Source: Phoronis australis (lineage: Eukaryota > Animalia > Phoronida). From it: a stretch of DNA of 64,000 nucleotides. The number at the start of each line of letters is the position of its first letter. Position 1 is the first letter of the stretch. Positions 11,405 to 23,036 of the stretch are shown here, piece by piece. The notes beneath the pieces are model-generated. The model saw only the letters and a list, made by a program, of their open reading frames with translations, had not been told where the DNA came from and did not search any database. The translations under genes were made by a program, and so were the position numbers. The DNA is taken from positions 667,872-731,871 of the forward strand of contig NMRA01000070.1 of the NCBI GenBank assembly GCA_002633005.1, read 5' to 3'.

Positions 11405-13797
11405 TACCAAATAATGATAAGATTATCGATTTCATCATTCTTCTCATTGTAGTTGATGTCAATCATTTTTTCTAGGTTAACACTAAACTTGATACCTAGC
11501 ATCTTAAATTCCGTCATGCCCCATTCCAACTTCCATCTTGCGTGATGGAAAACATCTTTACAAAATTTTTTACTGCCCAACCAAATATCATTAGTTTTGG
11601 AATAATTTACTCTCAAACCAGACATATCTGTATATCTACTCAAAACTTCCACAATAGCTTCCAAACTACGCCGTGAACCATCTAAGAAAAACGTTGTGTC
11701 ATCAGCATACTGAGTAAGTATAGATTCCTCATTTCCTACTTGAATGCCTTTAATTTCCCTATCTTGTTTTGTCATCATAGCTAATACTTCAGCACATGAA
11801 ATAAAAACATACGGAGAAAGAAGATCATCTTGTCTACAACCCCTTTGCAGAGTAAAACTTCTGGACAGGAAACCGTTTTGAACAATTATAAAAAGTTTTA
11901 ATTCAACGCTTAATTGAGGCCTTGAAATTAAAAATATCCAAAACATTATTTATGAAGTTCCATGACAAGCTATCAAAAGCTTTTATAAAATCTATTGTAA
12001 TAACAGCCCTGGTATACCATTTTTTCACATAAATTCATCATAATACCATAATATCTTATGTTTTCACTCATACATCTCCCTTTTATAAATCCCATCTGAT
12101 CCGGGGAAAAATATATATCCAAGTACCTTTTTTATTCGTCTAGCAATGCATCTGGATGCCAACTTGTAAACACTGTTGAGCAAAGTTATTGGTTTCCAGT
12201 TTTTTATGATTTTTTTAGCCTTATCTGGCTTTGGAATTAAAGTTAGGACCCCAGTTTTTTGCGTGTTTGACAATTCACTTTTTTCATAGCTTTCATTTAT
12301 GTGTCTTAAAACAAAATAGTCGAAATCTTTCCAGAAAACCTAGAAGAATTCATTTGTGAAACCACCTGACCCGGGGCTTTTTCATTTTTTGAATTTTTCA
12401 ATACAGTCCAGAGTTCATTATATGTTGTGTCCCTCAAGCTCCATAGCAAAATTATCGGGAAGCCTATTTGAAACAATAAGTTTTTATATTTTACTTTTTT
12501 CAATAGAACTGTTGTCAGAATAAAAAATCGTAAAAATACACAACCACGTCTAGTATATTTTCTTGATTTGTAATTATTTCTCCATTTTCCAATTCTATTT
12601 CATACATAAGTTTGTTATAAAAATGTCTCGATTCTAAGCTACAAAAATATTTTGTTGGGCGATCCTCCTCCTCTATCCATTTTGCCCTGGATCTGACGTA
12701 ATATCCTATTAATTTCTCTGACCTCATCTCTAGAAGAGCACTCTTTTTCCTTTCTAAATCTTCAAAAGTTCTATCATCAACATAAATTTTCTATTTCCTT
12801 CGCTAACTTATTCTATTGACTATCTAATTTTTTATTTTTTTGAATCGAGTAAAAATAGTCTTTCTTCTTATTTCCATTAACAAAACGTCCAAAAATAGTT
12901 GATCATTTATAACAAACTGAATCACACTGTTCGAAATATTTTGAATTTCGTCTAAATGGTATACCGGAACGGCATATTGTTTTTTAACATCATTTATTGT
13001 ATCTTGAACGATGTCTACATATTTCTTGTCATTTAAAAGTGAATTGTTAAATTTCCAGAGTCCTTTACCTCTAACAATTTGTCTAAATTTTAGGCTTAAC
13101 AAGACCCCAGAATGATCTGATCTATAGCTTGGAGCTATAGAAATTCTTTGGACACAATGCATCAAAGTTTTGGAAACCAAAAAAAGTCAAGCCTAGCCTG
13201 TTTAATTGGATTTTTTCTTCGCCAAGTGAATCTTCTCTTTGATGGAAAAAATTCTCGAAAGGGATCACAGACATCAAACGTATTAATTATTCCCTTAAGA
13301 AATTTTGTAGCGTTTGAATTATTGCAAGATCTATAATTGCAAGTATCCAGTTCTTGACTCAGAACTAAATTAAAATCTCCAGATAAAATAAACTTATCGA
13401 CATCAATTTCTTCAATTATTGAAAATATATTACTATAAAAATTCGAGTTATCAGTATTTGGACCGTACAAATTTACAAGAACGATCGTCTCTCCCTCCAA
13501 AATTAGTTCTATAATAACATAATTTCCCGTAGGATCCTTGCTCACATTTTGAACAGTAAACTCAAAGTTATTGTTAAATAGTATAGTTACTGCTCTTGAA
13601 TTACTCTTGTAAGAGCTGAAATAACATGTGTAACCCCACTGAGATTCAATGTACGGCTCCAAATGACAAGCAAAGTGAGAGTCTTGTAGACGGTATATAT
13701 TAAATGCTTTACTTTTTATGTAACTGAAGACATCTCTTCTTTTTTCTAGGGTTCCTAAATCCTGGCAATTAACTGAAAAGATATTAATTCCAATCAT
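11405..13797 (-). pseudogene. ORF2 (apurinic endonuclease + reverse transcriptase), frameshifted
   Basis: Motifs include SVNCQDLG..EKRRDVF, NLYGPN, GDFNLVL, SDHSGV, VRSRAKWIEE..PTKYF, PITLLNSVYKL, RGCRQDDLLSPY and QYADDTT. Confidence 0.9.
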
Positions 13798-14085
13798 AGT
13801 AGAAAAATAGAAACTACTTTTACAATAGAAATTTTGAGATCACATTAAGTATTACAAAAGCTTAACGGGTGGGCAGGTGGGACCGGGTATACATTCACAC
13901 ACGCACACTCACAATCAAAGTATAAATAAAAAAATAACGAATAAACAAAACAGAAGACATCATGGACAAATAAACTGACTAGTTAACTGTGGTCTCCTTC
14001 CTGTTCATAATGGCACAAGGGTATTTGCAACCAACTCAAATAACTTACAAAAGGACAGTTCCAATGTGCCACACAGATATCTCCA

Positions 14086-14928
14086 CTAATGAATATCTTG
14101 GATAAATTCCATATCTTTATTTTGATGTACCTTATCCGACCAGTCTTTCAGATATATCTTCCCATCGTAGGTCCAGTAGCCTTTCACTCTTCCTCTCGCA
14201 CCAAGATCCCTTACCGCTTTGAATAGTTTTGCCCTTCGCTTGGTAAGACACTCGTTGACATAAACGCCCGCATCAACATCTTTCAAGGACTCACGTAGAC
14301 GAAAGGAAATTGAACGAGCATTGTAAGTGGTAAACTTAACCACAATAGGACGACATTGTTGCTGAGTTGACTGACTATTATGCTTGACTGAAGGGCGTCC
14401 TATTCTGTGGCTTCTACTGATATCGGCTTCATTTGTATTGGCGCCCATTTTCTTAGCCAATTCTAACACAATTTTATCAGTTGATTCTCCCTCTGTCTCC
14501 TTTCTACCAGCAATAACTAGAACATTTCTCCTGCTATACTGTTGCTGCTCATCACATTCTTATTGTAAGGCGACAATATCAGAGTCATACTTTTGCCTCA
14601 AATTGGACAGTTCTTGCCTAATCGCTGTTATTTCCTGGTCTTTTTCTTTCAACTTTTCCCCAAACTGAATTCCTAAACCTGCAGAAAGTTCATTCAACTT
14701 TTCATCTAGCCAACCTTGTAACATATTCTTAAACGTCACAATAACTTCTGAATCCATAATTGCAGCTTAAAACTCATCTTTTAGATTTACTTCGTGTCGG
14801 CTTGATTTGCCGGCCATGCCTGCAACAGTTACGTCCAAAGTTGCCTGCTTCGTGCTTTTTCTCAACTCCAAGCTGTTTTTACTAGCTTTTCTCTTTTTCT
14901 GCGAATCTGGTGCTGGCTTATCACTCAT
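14086..14928 (-). pseudogene. LINE ORF1 (coiled coil + RRM-like), two in-frame stops
   Basis: The ORF pieces 14767-14994, 14560-14757 and 14086-14469 share one frame. Motifs include QYSRRNV, DISRSHRIG, RPIVVKF and WTYDGKIY. Confidence 0.85.
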
Positions 14929-15275
14929 ATTAACAGGAGACACGTTTAAATTACTGGAGATACTTAAAAAATATTGAAAAAATACGGAGAGCACTGTTCA
15001 GTCAACTGCACACTAGACCGCCATGACCGGAAAAAGCCTTGCATGTATTACGAAGCACGCCAAACTCGCACTTTTGGGTTTGACGGGATAAAGGAGTGAC
15101 TGCTATCGACAAACAAAAATGAAAAAATAAAGCAAATGCCCATGTCGTTTTATGTACAATACGGATTGTACAAATCGAAATGATTAGGGTAGGGTTTCGA
15201 AAACCAAACGTCTTGCAAGATCGCACATGTCGTGGGAAAAATCGGTGTACAGCGAGAATCCTTCGGCCCTTTGGG

Positions 15276-15361
15276 CAGGCCCAAATTGTCAAAACGTCAC
15301 CAATTGTCACAAGTACAAAACTGCGACAATTTATGTCAGCGTTGCAGGCCCAAATTGTCAC
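15276..15361. repeat. Short repeated motif gcaggcccaaattgtca upstream of the MACPF gene (also ~39559-39645)
   Basis: Two full copies and one partial copy (caattgtcac) lie within ~90 bp. Confidence 0.5.
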
Positions 15362-16998
15362 AGCAATTTTTGCCTCTTGCATTTTAAATTATAAAAAGTG
15401 AATGGCGTGAGTGGAATATTCTAACTATGGTGATGGTATGTTTTGCAAAATCAATCGTTACAATGTAAAAGTAGGCAAATTCACGTTCAAGAATAGCGAC
15501 TGTCGGCTAAGTGAGAACTACATGAATTGATATTTTATTTTGGGCCGGAGGTCTTTGTACTATAAAGAAATAAACTAAACTAACCTATTCTTTTAAATGA
15601 TTGGAACTATTCATCAGCAGATTTAAATGGTCTTTTATATATTATTTCTGGTTCATTTTCTTTTTGTTACTAAAACATCCTAAATTAATTGACAATAAAA
15701 ATTATTTATTTAATTAGCTAGTTCGTTAATGAACCGGGTAGTACATGAAGCCTTACAGGTGTCCAAAAGATATTTTTATGAAGAAAATTATTTTCCTTAT
15801 GCTTTGAAAACAATATCATTTACAGCAATTGTTCAGCTCAATATCCTAATTGGTACTTGAATGTATTTTGCCTGATGACTCTTCAACAGGACTCAATACA
15901 TGTTTATCCTACAGGCCATCCGGGAATACTGATATTTAATAAAAGTTAAGATTCTCTTCTCGATAACTACTTATACTGTGTGGACAAGTTGCTTCCTTCG
16001 ACTAGGCATAACAAAAGATGTGGAAACTTGTGTTATTCACGCATACTTGTATAATTGGTATCATACTTGAGGTTGTTTTGTGAGGCCAGAGTTGCGTTTC
16101 AAAGAAAAGATTTTTACATCATGAGATCAGGTAGAGATGTTTATCTCTTCCTGAAAAGATGTACAACGACAGCGGACCCTACAAACCTAGCGTTTTCAAA
16201 ACTTGAAGTATTGTGCTCATCATGTGACTACTAGACACACTAAAGTGATGGATAAAGAATTCACCAGGTTTACAGGGAGTAATACAAGTCATGCATGATT
16301 GGGTAGAGGAGGAAAATTCAGGACTAAACCGAAACGACATCTTTTATACAATAAATATTTACAGACACGCTCGACAAAGTAGTTCACCTTGGATCAAATG
16401 TTTATCTAAATTTTGCACTGTGGCATTTGCAAAGCCTAAATGACCCTCAATATTGTGTCAGGTACTGAAGTCGGTGGCATATGTGGAAACGTCAACTTTT
16501 GTCCAGACAACGTCATATTCGCGACGCTATTTCATCAATGATGTTGTGATTTGAGACAGGATGTCAGTAATTAACCTACAGACATAGTTTTCACTTGAAT
16601 GCTTGTGGGTCTAATTCTGGCGGAAGGAGTCATGTCTTTGCAAGTGGACTTTTATGAGACATTTCTTTAATTTTGGATAACTAATTCAAGGGAAAGAAAT
16701 TTGTACAGAACAGACGATAACTACGTTATAATCCAGGCTTGTTTAAAAAAATTGTGAAATGGGACATCCCAAATTTCTTTGAACACTACCGCTCTCACAA
16801 ACAACAAAAAGGGCCATCAAATGTTTGTAGCTCTTATTTCTGATTGTAAACCAAAACATCGGCTAAGCACAAGTACGTAACGAACCCGATTTTTAAATTC
16901 ATTTATTGCACTTAGTCGAAGGAAGAAGGCTGACATTGCAAAAAACTTGGCTGAAAAAATAAATTCTTAATTTTAAGTATGGCGCATTGTGTTTCCAG

Positions 16999-18465
16999 AT
17001 GATTGCAACTAGGCTGCTTGTCATTGTCGTCCTTGTATTTGGCGTGGAGGCGACGCTCGAGGACCGACCAGTGGAGTCAGTGGGTGAGTTGAAAGAAGGT
17101 GAAAGGGCAGTCAACTACTACCCAGGCGGGGAAAACGAAATCATCGTAATAGGGCACACCGTTCCCGCGAGGTATGAACCCCATAACACAAAGAACCCAC
17201 TCGGAAAAGGCTTTTATTTGCCTGAGGTCGATCTTTACTCTGATCGGACAGGCGGTACGCCCATCTTTGAGACAGTGGAAGAAAAGTGCCTACTGGAATA
17301 CCCACATGACAGGCAGACGCAGAACAACATTGACTTTTACGAAGATACAGAATCGTTTTATACCAAGACTGCCACGTCAAGCTCATTAGACGCCAAAATA
17401 ACGGGCAAGTACACCATGGGGGCGACACTGAACGTAAAGACGAGTTCCATTTCCTCTGGCTCAACTGATGTGAGGGGTAATAACCTGCACATGTGGACCC
17501 ACACACAAACCAACGTTCTCGATGATGGCTGCTACCGGTTACCCAACAGTCCTTTATCGCAATATGTTATCAATGGGATCAATAACCTACCTTTGACCGT
17601 CAGTAATCCCCAAAATCCTTCATCTTGGAGAGAATATGAAAATTTCCTCCGAGCTTTCGGCTCTCACATCGTAACCAAATCTCACTACGGTTCGTCTATT
17701 CGTTCTTGGGCATTTTCAAAAAAAACGAAAAATTATTCACAGAGGCAATTTGAGGTGGCGGCTTGCGTTCACTTTGAAGGGCCAACTGAGGTCGGAAAGC
17801 TTGGTGTCGATGCTTGTACTGACGTGACGCAGGAAGAAATTCACGCGGCTTCACATTTAGAAATTGTATTTAATGTCAACGCTCAAGGTGGAACAGACAA
17901 CACAAGAAATCAGATTGTATCCAAACGCACTAAAGAACTTCTCCTGAAGCTGATGAACGAAGGACGAGATAACCCTGCTCCGGTCGATTACGATTACGAA
18001 GCGATTTGGAATGTCATCAAGTTCAAATTTTCTGGAACTGATACTCACAGCAGAGAAGTTAGAGCTAAGGCAGAGAACCTTCGACAGTTCTACGAAGGAT
18101 TTAAGGATTTCGGCTGCACGGAGGTGTATGTCAGTAATGTGAGAATGCGCTATTTCCGCGCGACTAGCTCGTCAAGTAGTCTGGTACCTCAGTACGAGTG
18201 TTGGCTGGAAAAGGAAGGATGCCGCTCCAACAACGACTGTCACATCGGCGGTGCAGGTACTGTGACATATTGCTATGGCAGTACGTGTATGCAACATCAA
18301 TCCCCTCAGTTTGGCAACAAAGCTACGACAGCTATCGCCAAAACTTGGAAGAGCGGAAGCTATAAGGAAGGCCTGAACCGAACCTGCTACTACAAGACTT
18401 GGAAGATTGCTGGTTATTGCCACACTTCAACAAGTTATTATTACGCTAAAAGAATCTGGCCTTAA
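16999..18465 (+). CDS. Secreted MACPF/perforin-domain pore-forming toxin-like protein (PsTX-60/AvTX-60, DELTA-alicitoxin/thalatoxin-like), 488 aa
   Basis: Intact ORF whose ATG directly follows the acceptor-like ttgtgtttccag. It has a hydrophobic signal peptide MIATRLLVIVVLVFGVEA, the MACPF signature-like FLRAFGSHIVTKSHYGS, a VNAQGG motif, and a Cys-rich C-terminus CRSNNDCHIGGAGTVTYCYGSTC. AATAAA follows. Confidence 0.88.
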   Translation: MIATRLLVIVVLVFGVEATLEDRPVESVGELKEGERAVNYYPGGENEIIVIGHTVPARYEPHNTKNPLGKGFYLPEVDLYSDRTGGTPIFETVEEKCLLEYPHDRQTQNNIDFYEDTESFYTKTATSSSLDAKITGKYTMGATLNVKTSSISSGSTDVRGNNLHMWTHTQTNVLDDGCYRLPNSPLSQYVINGINNLPLTVSNPQNPSSWREYENFLRAFGSHIVTKSHYGSSIRSWAFSKKTKNYSQRQFEVAACVHFEGPTEVGKLGVDACTDVTQEEIHAASHLEIVFNVNAQGGTDNTRNQIVSKRTKELLLKLMNEGRDNPAPVDYDYEAIWNVIKFKFSGTDTHSREVRAKAENLRQFYEGFKDFGCTEVYVSNVRMRYFRATSSSSSLVPQYECWLEKEGCRSNNDCHIGGAGTVTYCYGSTCMQHQSPQFGNKATTAIAKTWKSGSYKEGLNRTCYYKTWKIAGYCHTSTSYYYAKRIWP

Positions 18466-18508
18466 TAAATGGAAATCATTTGTGAAGCGATAAAATTCAA
18501 AGGAACTC

Positions 18509-18514
18509 AATAAA
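18509..18514 (+). promoter_or_regulatory. Putative polyadenylation signal AATAAA (a second one overlaps the stop, 18464-18469)
   Basis: It is conserved at the equivalent position after copy 2 and after both pseudogenes (e.g. 21551-21556). Confidence 0.55.
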
Positions 18515-19751
18515 TTCCTTGTCACAACTTTGCATTGTCAATACGTAGTTAGCATACGGAAGCATCAGTTTGAAGTTTCATATTCCTTGAGACAATGTTT
18601 GACCTTCCAAACGATACGACAGCAGTTGAGGTCTCAAGCCATGAAAATTTTAAAGTTCCTTCGAAGCAACGACATCAACACTAATTTCAATAAATAACAA
18701 TTTGAAACCAATTTCATAAGGGTAGGTGGCCTAATTGCGATGGAAGGCGGGTTTAAATAGAGATTAAACGGTACGAATCTATCTAAAGCCGACGTTCTTT
18801 TGTAAGAGATTACACAAGAAGGGATACATACATTCCTTTTTCCAAATACGTATACGCAACCTCAACCAAATTCACTGCATATTAATTGTTTTATTCAGTG
18901 TAATTAGGTCACTAACCACTGTTTACAGAAATAAACACACTACACAAACACACAAACGTGTTAATTTAAAAATGGAGAAACGAGAGAAAATAGCAAAAAA
19001 AATGCAGTGCAACATTAAAAACAACACATCTCCGTTACTCTGCATGGACAAGGAGCTTGGCTACATTGTTTTCCACATTAATACCTTATGAATTCATTAA
19101 ATTGTCGAAACAAGTAGCACATCTATTACAGCAATTAAAAAACTTAATTGTCAATAAATGATCGCTCCCAAAGGGTATAAATTTTAACACTTATTGCAAA
19201 AATAAGGTACAAAAGTACACAACAACAGAGTATGGCAGGAAATTAATTTCTGTTTTCGTTAAATAAATCACACAAGAATCTCACATCTTTTTCAGGCCCC
19301 TATCCAGCATTGAGTGGGAGGTGATTCAAATTTCTAGACCGGTGGCCCTTTGATATTTTGCAAACGTCGACTCTGCAGAGTTTTCAGTAAGGCCCTTGAC
19401 ACAGCTTAATTAGGGGGGGGGGAAGGGAAGTCTGTATACACAACGATGACTGTCAGCTCTATGTTTCTGAGATGCGGAGACGGAACTTGTAATACCAGAA
19501 ATAAGGATGCTGCGACGGTTGCTCGCAAAGAACGCCGGGACACAAATTCGGATGTAATGGTGTCCAGCAAGAGAACGTTCTCTCGTTACCTTCAGCCAAA
19601 ATTTGAAATTAGTCATGCTTAAATGTGTGATTTCACCTCATTACATGCACGGACGGAAAAATGAAGTTTAGTTGGAGAATGTTTTGACGAAATTTTTTAT
19701 CTTGCATTTTTGCGCGTGATTGGAGATTCTTACATCGCTGGAAATGGGAAC

Positions 19752-20628
19752 AGCCCATTCGAAGGTTTACTACTCCGAAGGCTCACTACTTAGAAGATTC
19801 TTTACTCCGAAGGTTCACTGCTCCTAAAATATCAGACTCAAGAGTAATTTTCATACTTTTACATGTAAAAATGAACGATTCTTCGGTTATTAGATGCACC
19901 TATATTGAAAAGAACGCCGGGTACTAAACCACTTTGTTTTGATTTCATGACCACCGTCTAGTTGGCCAGTATAACTAGAGACGGTGGTCACTGTCTAGAT
20001 TCATTTTCAGTGTGCATGCAAAATTGCCCGCAAGCCTTAACACGAAAAAATGAGTATGCATTTGAATTTTTGAAACTGAGAATATATAAAAGTAGGATTA
20101 TTGATGAATTATTAACCACGACACATTCATCAAATCCATGTCAAGATCGCATTGCAGCGTGGCTGAAAAGTTTAGGGCTGCTGCGCCTCAGCCTCACCCA
20201 AGGAACCTCGCGCACGGCCGAGTTGAAACTAAATGCAGTTAGTAGGGTACCCTGTCCCTGCCACTCTTCACGAAGTCAGGGAGTCCCATTCAGTCTAAAT
20301 TCTTAAAGTTAAACCGTCGTTTGTTGCCGCAGCCCTAAGCCCATGGCTGGCGCAGCAATAAAATAAGTGGGGGGGGGGGCTATAGCCCCAGCACCTTATG
20401 GTGCGCGCCACCCATGCCCATGGCCAGCGCAGCACTGAAACAAGTGGGGGTGGACAATAGCCCTCCAGCATCCTGTGGTACGTCGCCCATGGACCCAAGC
20501 CCCAGATGTTGTCCCTGTATGAGTTGTGAGCAGACAATCGGCGTAGTGAACTGTCGGAGTTCTGATTTTGGAATTGGAGAAATTCGAAGTAGTGGTTTTT
20601 CGAACGTAACGGAACTTCGGAGACATAG
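19752..20628. mobile_element. Degenerate element bounded by inverted arrays of ~17-bp ccgaaggttcactact-like repeats, containing small MITE-like inserts (also ~43865-44741)
   Basis: Plus-strand repeats at 19759-19825 face reverse-complement repeats at ~20545-20625. Short CATGG...CCATG-bounded units lie at 20342-20491, and a hairpin at 19949-19990. Confidence 0.5.
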
Positions 20629-21510
20629 CCTTTGACCATCAGCAACCCCGAGTCCTCATCGCACTGGAGAGAATGTGAAAATTTCCTCAGAGCTTTTGGC
20701 TCTCACGTGGTGGTAAAATCTCCCTACGGTTCGTCCATCCGTTCTTGGGAATTTTCAAAAATAACTAAACAATATTCACAGAGGCAATTTCAGGTGGCAG
20801 CTTGCGTTAACTTTGAAGGGCCAACTGAGGTCGGAAAGCTTGGTGTCAATGCTTGTTCTAATATAACAAATGAGGAAATTCATGCCGCTTCTTCCTATTA
20901 AATGTCGTTTAATGTCAACGTCCAGCGTGGAACAGACGAGACAAGAAATAAGATTGCACTCAAACGCACTAAAGAACTTCTCCTGAAGCTGATGGATGAA
21001 GGAAGGGCAAATCCTGCTCCCGTCGATTACGATTACGAAGAGATTTAGAATGACATCAAGTTCAAATATCTCGGAAATGATCAGCTCAGCAAAGAAATAA
21101 GAGCTAAATCAGAGAATCTCCGAATGTTCTATGAAGGGTTTAAGGATTTCGGGTGCACGGAGCAAAAGGTCAGTGGTGTGAGAATGCGCTATTTCCGGCC
21201 GACTAGTCATTCAAGTAGTCTGAGGCCTGAGTACGAATGTTGGATGGAAAAGGAAAGATGTCGCTCCAACTACTACTGTCACGTTGGTGGGGCTGGTACT
21301 GTGACGTATTGCTATGGCAATACGTGTATGCAGCACAAAGACCCTGAGTTTGGTAACAAATCTATGAAAGCTGTTGCGCAAACTAAGCAGACCGGAATCT
21401 ATAACGAGAAGTTGAATTAAACCTGCTACTACAAGTTCTGGAAGGCGCAGGGTTATTGCGACAATTCAGCTCCCTATTATCACCCTAGCAGAATCTGGCC
21501 TAAACCATAA
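20629..21510 (+). pseudogene. 5'-truncated paralog of the MACPF toxin-like gene
   Basis: Collinear with gene 17591-18465 (PLTISNP..WRE.ENFLRAFGSH..., CHVGGAGTVTYCYG, RIWP). It has stops at 20899, 21046 and 21418, and no 5' half. Confidence 0.9.
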
Positions 21511-23036
21511 TTGCAAAATTCTTGTGATGCGATGAAATTGAAAGGAAGTCAATAAAAACCTAATCACTATTTTGCATTGTCAATACGTACATTTAGGATA
21601 CTGAAAGAGTAATTGGGATAGGCAAGAATGGGCACCTATAAAATCTTAAAGCGGTTATAAACGGGTGTTCCGTCCTAAAAGCCAACTATAGATTTAAATA
21701 ACATACTGCTATGGAACTGGTCTCGACGTTTTCGTTACTCAGATAAGAAGAGAATTCTGAGTTTCTAAAGAACTCACTTTTGAATTCTTAGGTGATGTTA
21801 GGCGGGTAAAATGATATGCCTTGAAAAGTCACCTTGCTGAGGTCTCAAGCAATAGCAAATGGCAAGTTTTTCGAAACACGGTCATCACCACTACTTACAA
21901 TTTCGGAACGGTTGCTATTTATTGTCAATTATCACAAGTGCAATGTACAAAATCAGTTACAAAATTCAAAATCCAGTAGGTTGAAATTTCTGTCCGCATC
22001 ACATGGGATCTGAAAGTGGCACTGAACGCCTGAAGACCATATTACTATCTGGCGGGATAGTGAATTTCAATATGTCGCAGCTGTTTCGAAAATCGCCTAT
22101 TAGTCCGAGGGTGACTAGAAAAAAAGTTATTTCTATTGTTGCAACCAAGTAAGAAATCAGGCAAACAATCTGATGACTCTCAAACTTATAAGAATTAATT
22201 ACATTTTTCTGAAATAAAATGTTTTTATTTAGATTTTTTAATTGATTTCATGAACTCACCCTCATATCAGCATGCACTCGAGCACGCGCTCAAACTACCA
22301 CAAGAAGTTAAACAGACGGGAGTAGGAGTTTTTTGGAAAAAAAGGCACAGCTCAACCATGGCGTAATCACAGACAATGTGTTTGGGGGCACTTGTTAGTT
22401 TTGGTTTATCTTGGGCGGTGCAAAACCTGAACAGTATACTGGGTTGAAAACCTTGCTCGAAGAAACTGATTCAAAATTGAATGTTTCATCCTTCTCAACT
22501 ATTGCATGAATTGCAGGTCTTATCCCACGACATGCGATTACTATAAACTGCATTCGGACAGTTAATACACGGTGAAAGACACATGTCTGTCAGCCAGATT
22601 GTTTTGCAAATCCCAGGTGTCTGAACGGTAGCTAAATTTCCTGCTCAATGTCAAATTCTCGCTCGAAAATTTTCAATGTTTAAGAAAAAACACGGCGGGT
22701 CAAAAAGTGAGTCAAGTTGCCAGCACCAGACTCAATAATCAATTAAATGCCAGACGCTGTCTTCACATGCAACGCAAACTCAAACTGTCCAGCCAACCTA
22801 ACATGCGCAATTTTTCATGATATCAACGAGGAAATTAAACCGGGGCTCAAAAAAATAAAAAACTATTCGCACCATTGCATACGGAATTTTCCTAGATTTG
22901 ACGAGCTCATTTCCAATTTGGCAAACTTGGAATTTTCCCAGCCGAGGTTGCATGTAACGAGTTGACGTTACGCAGAAGGTCAAGCAAGTGTGACATCACT
23001 ACCTTACTCAATGATCTACCATTGGCAAGATACTCT

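Larger units (their letters stand above)
11405..15035 (-). mobile_element. L1-clade (Tx1-like) non-LTR retrotransposon, copy 1, 3' end deleted
   Basis: It has ORF1 plus ORF2 (APE endonuclease and RT). The 5' end reads TTCCGGTCATGGCGG on the minus strand. About 1.9 kb present in copy 2 (~33715-35608) is missing at ~11404. Confidence 0.9.

Noticed and set aside
522-13797. Reverse transcriptases near a variable gene as a DGR, retron or other RT-based system
   Set aside because: Both RTs are ordinary decayed eukaryotic LINEs with TSDs. There is no template/variable repeat pair or adenine-specific variation.
16987-16998. ORF-track start MCFQ (TTG) for the toxin genes
   Set aside because: This is a non-ATG start within a splice-acceptor-like tract. 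The signal peptide begins at ATG 16999 (41315 in copy 2).
16979-17002. Short upstream ORF (MAHCVSR*) whose stop overlaps the start as ATGA
   Set aside because: It probably lies in the intron; translational coupling is a prokaryotic concept and nothing here supports it.
17141-18423. Antisense and alternative-frame ORFs overlapping the MACPF genes
   Set aside because: These are shadow ORFs with no recognisable domains; their conservation only reflects the recent duplication.
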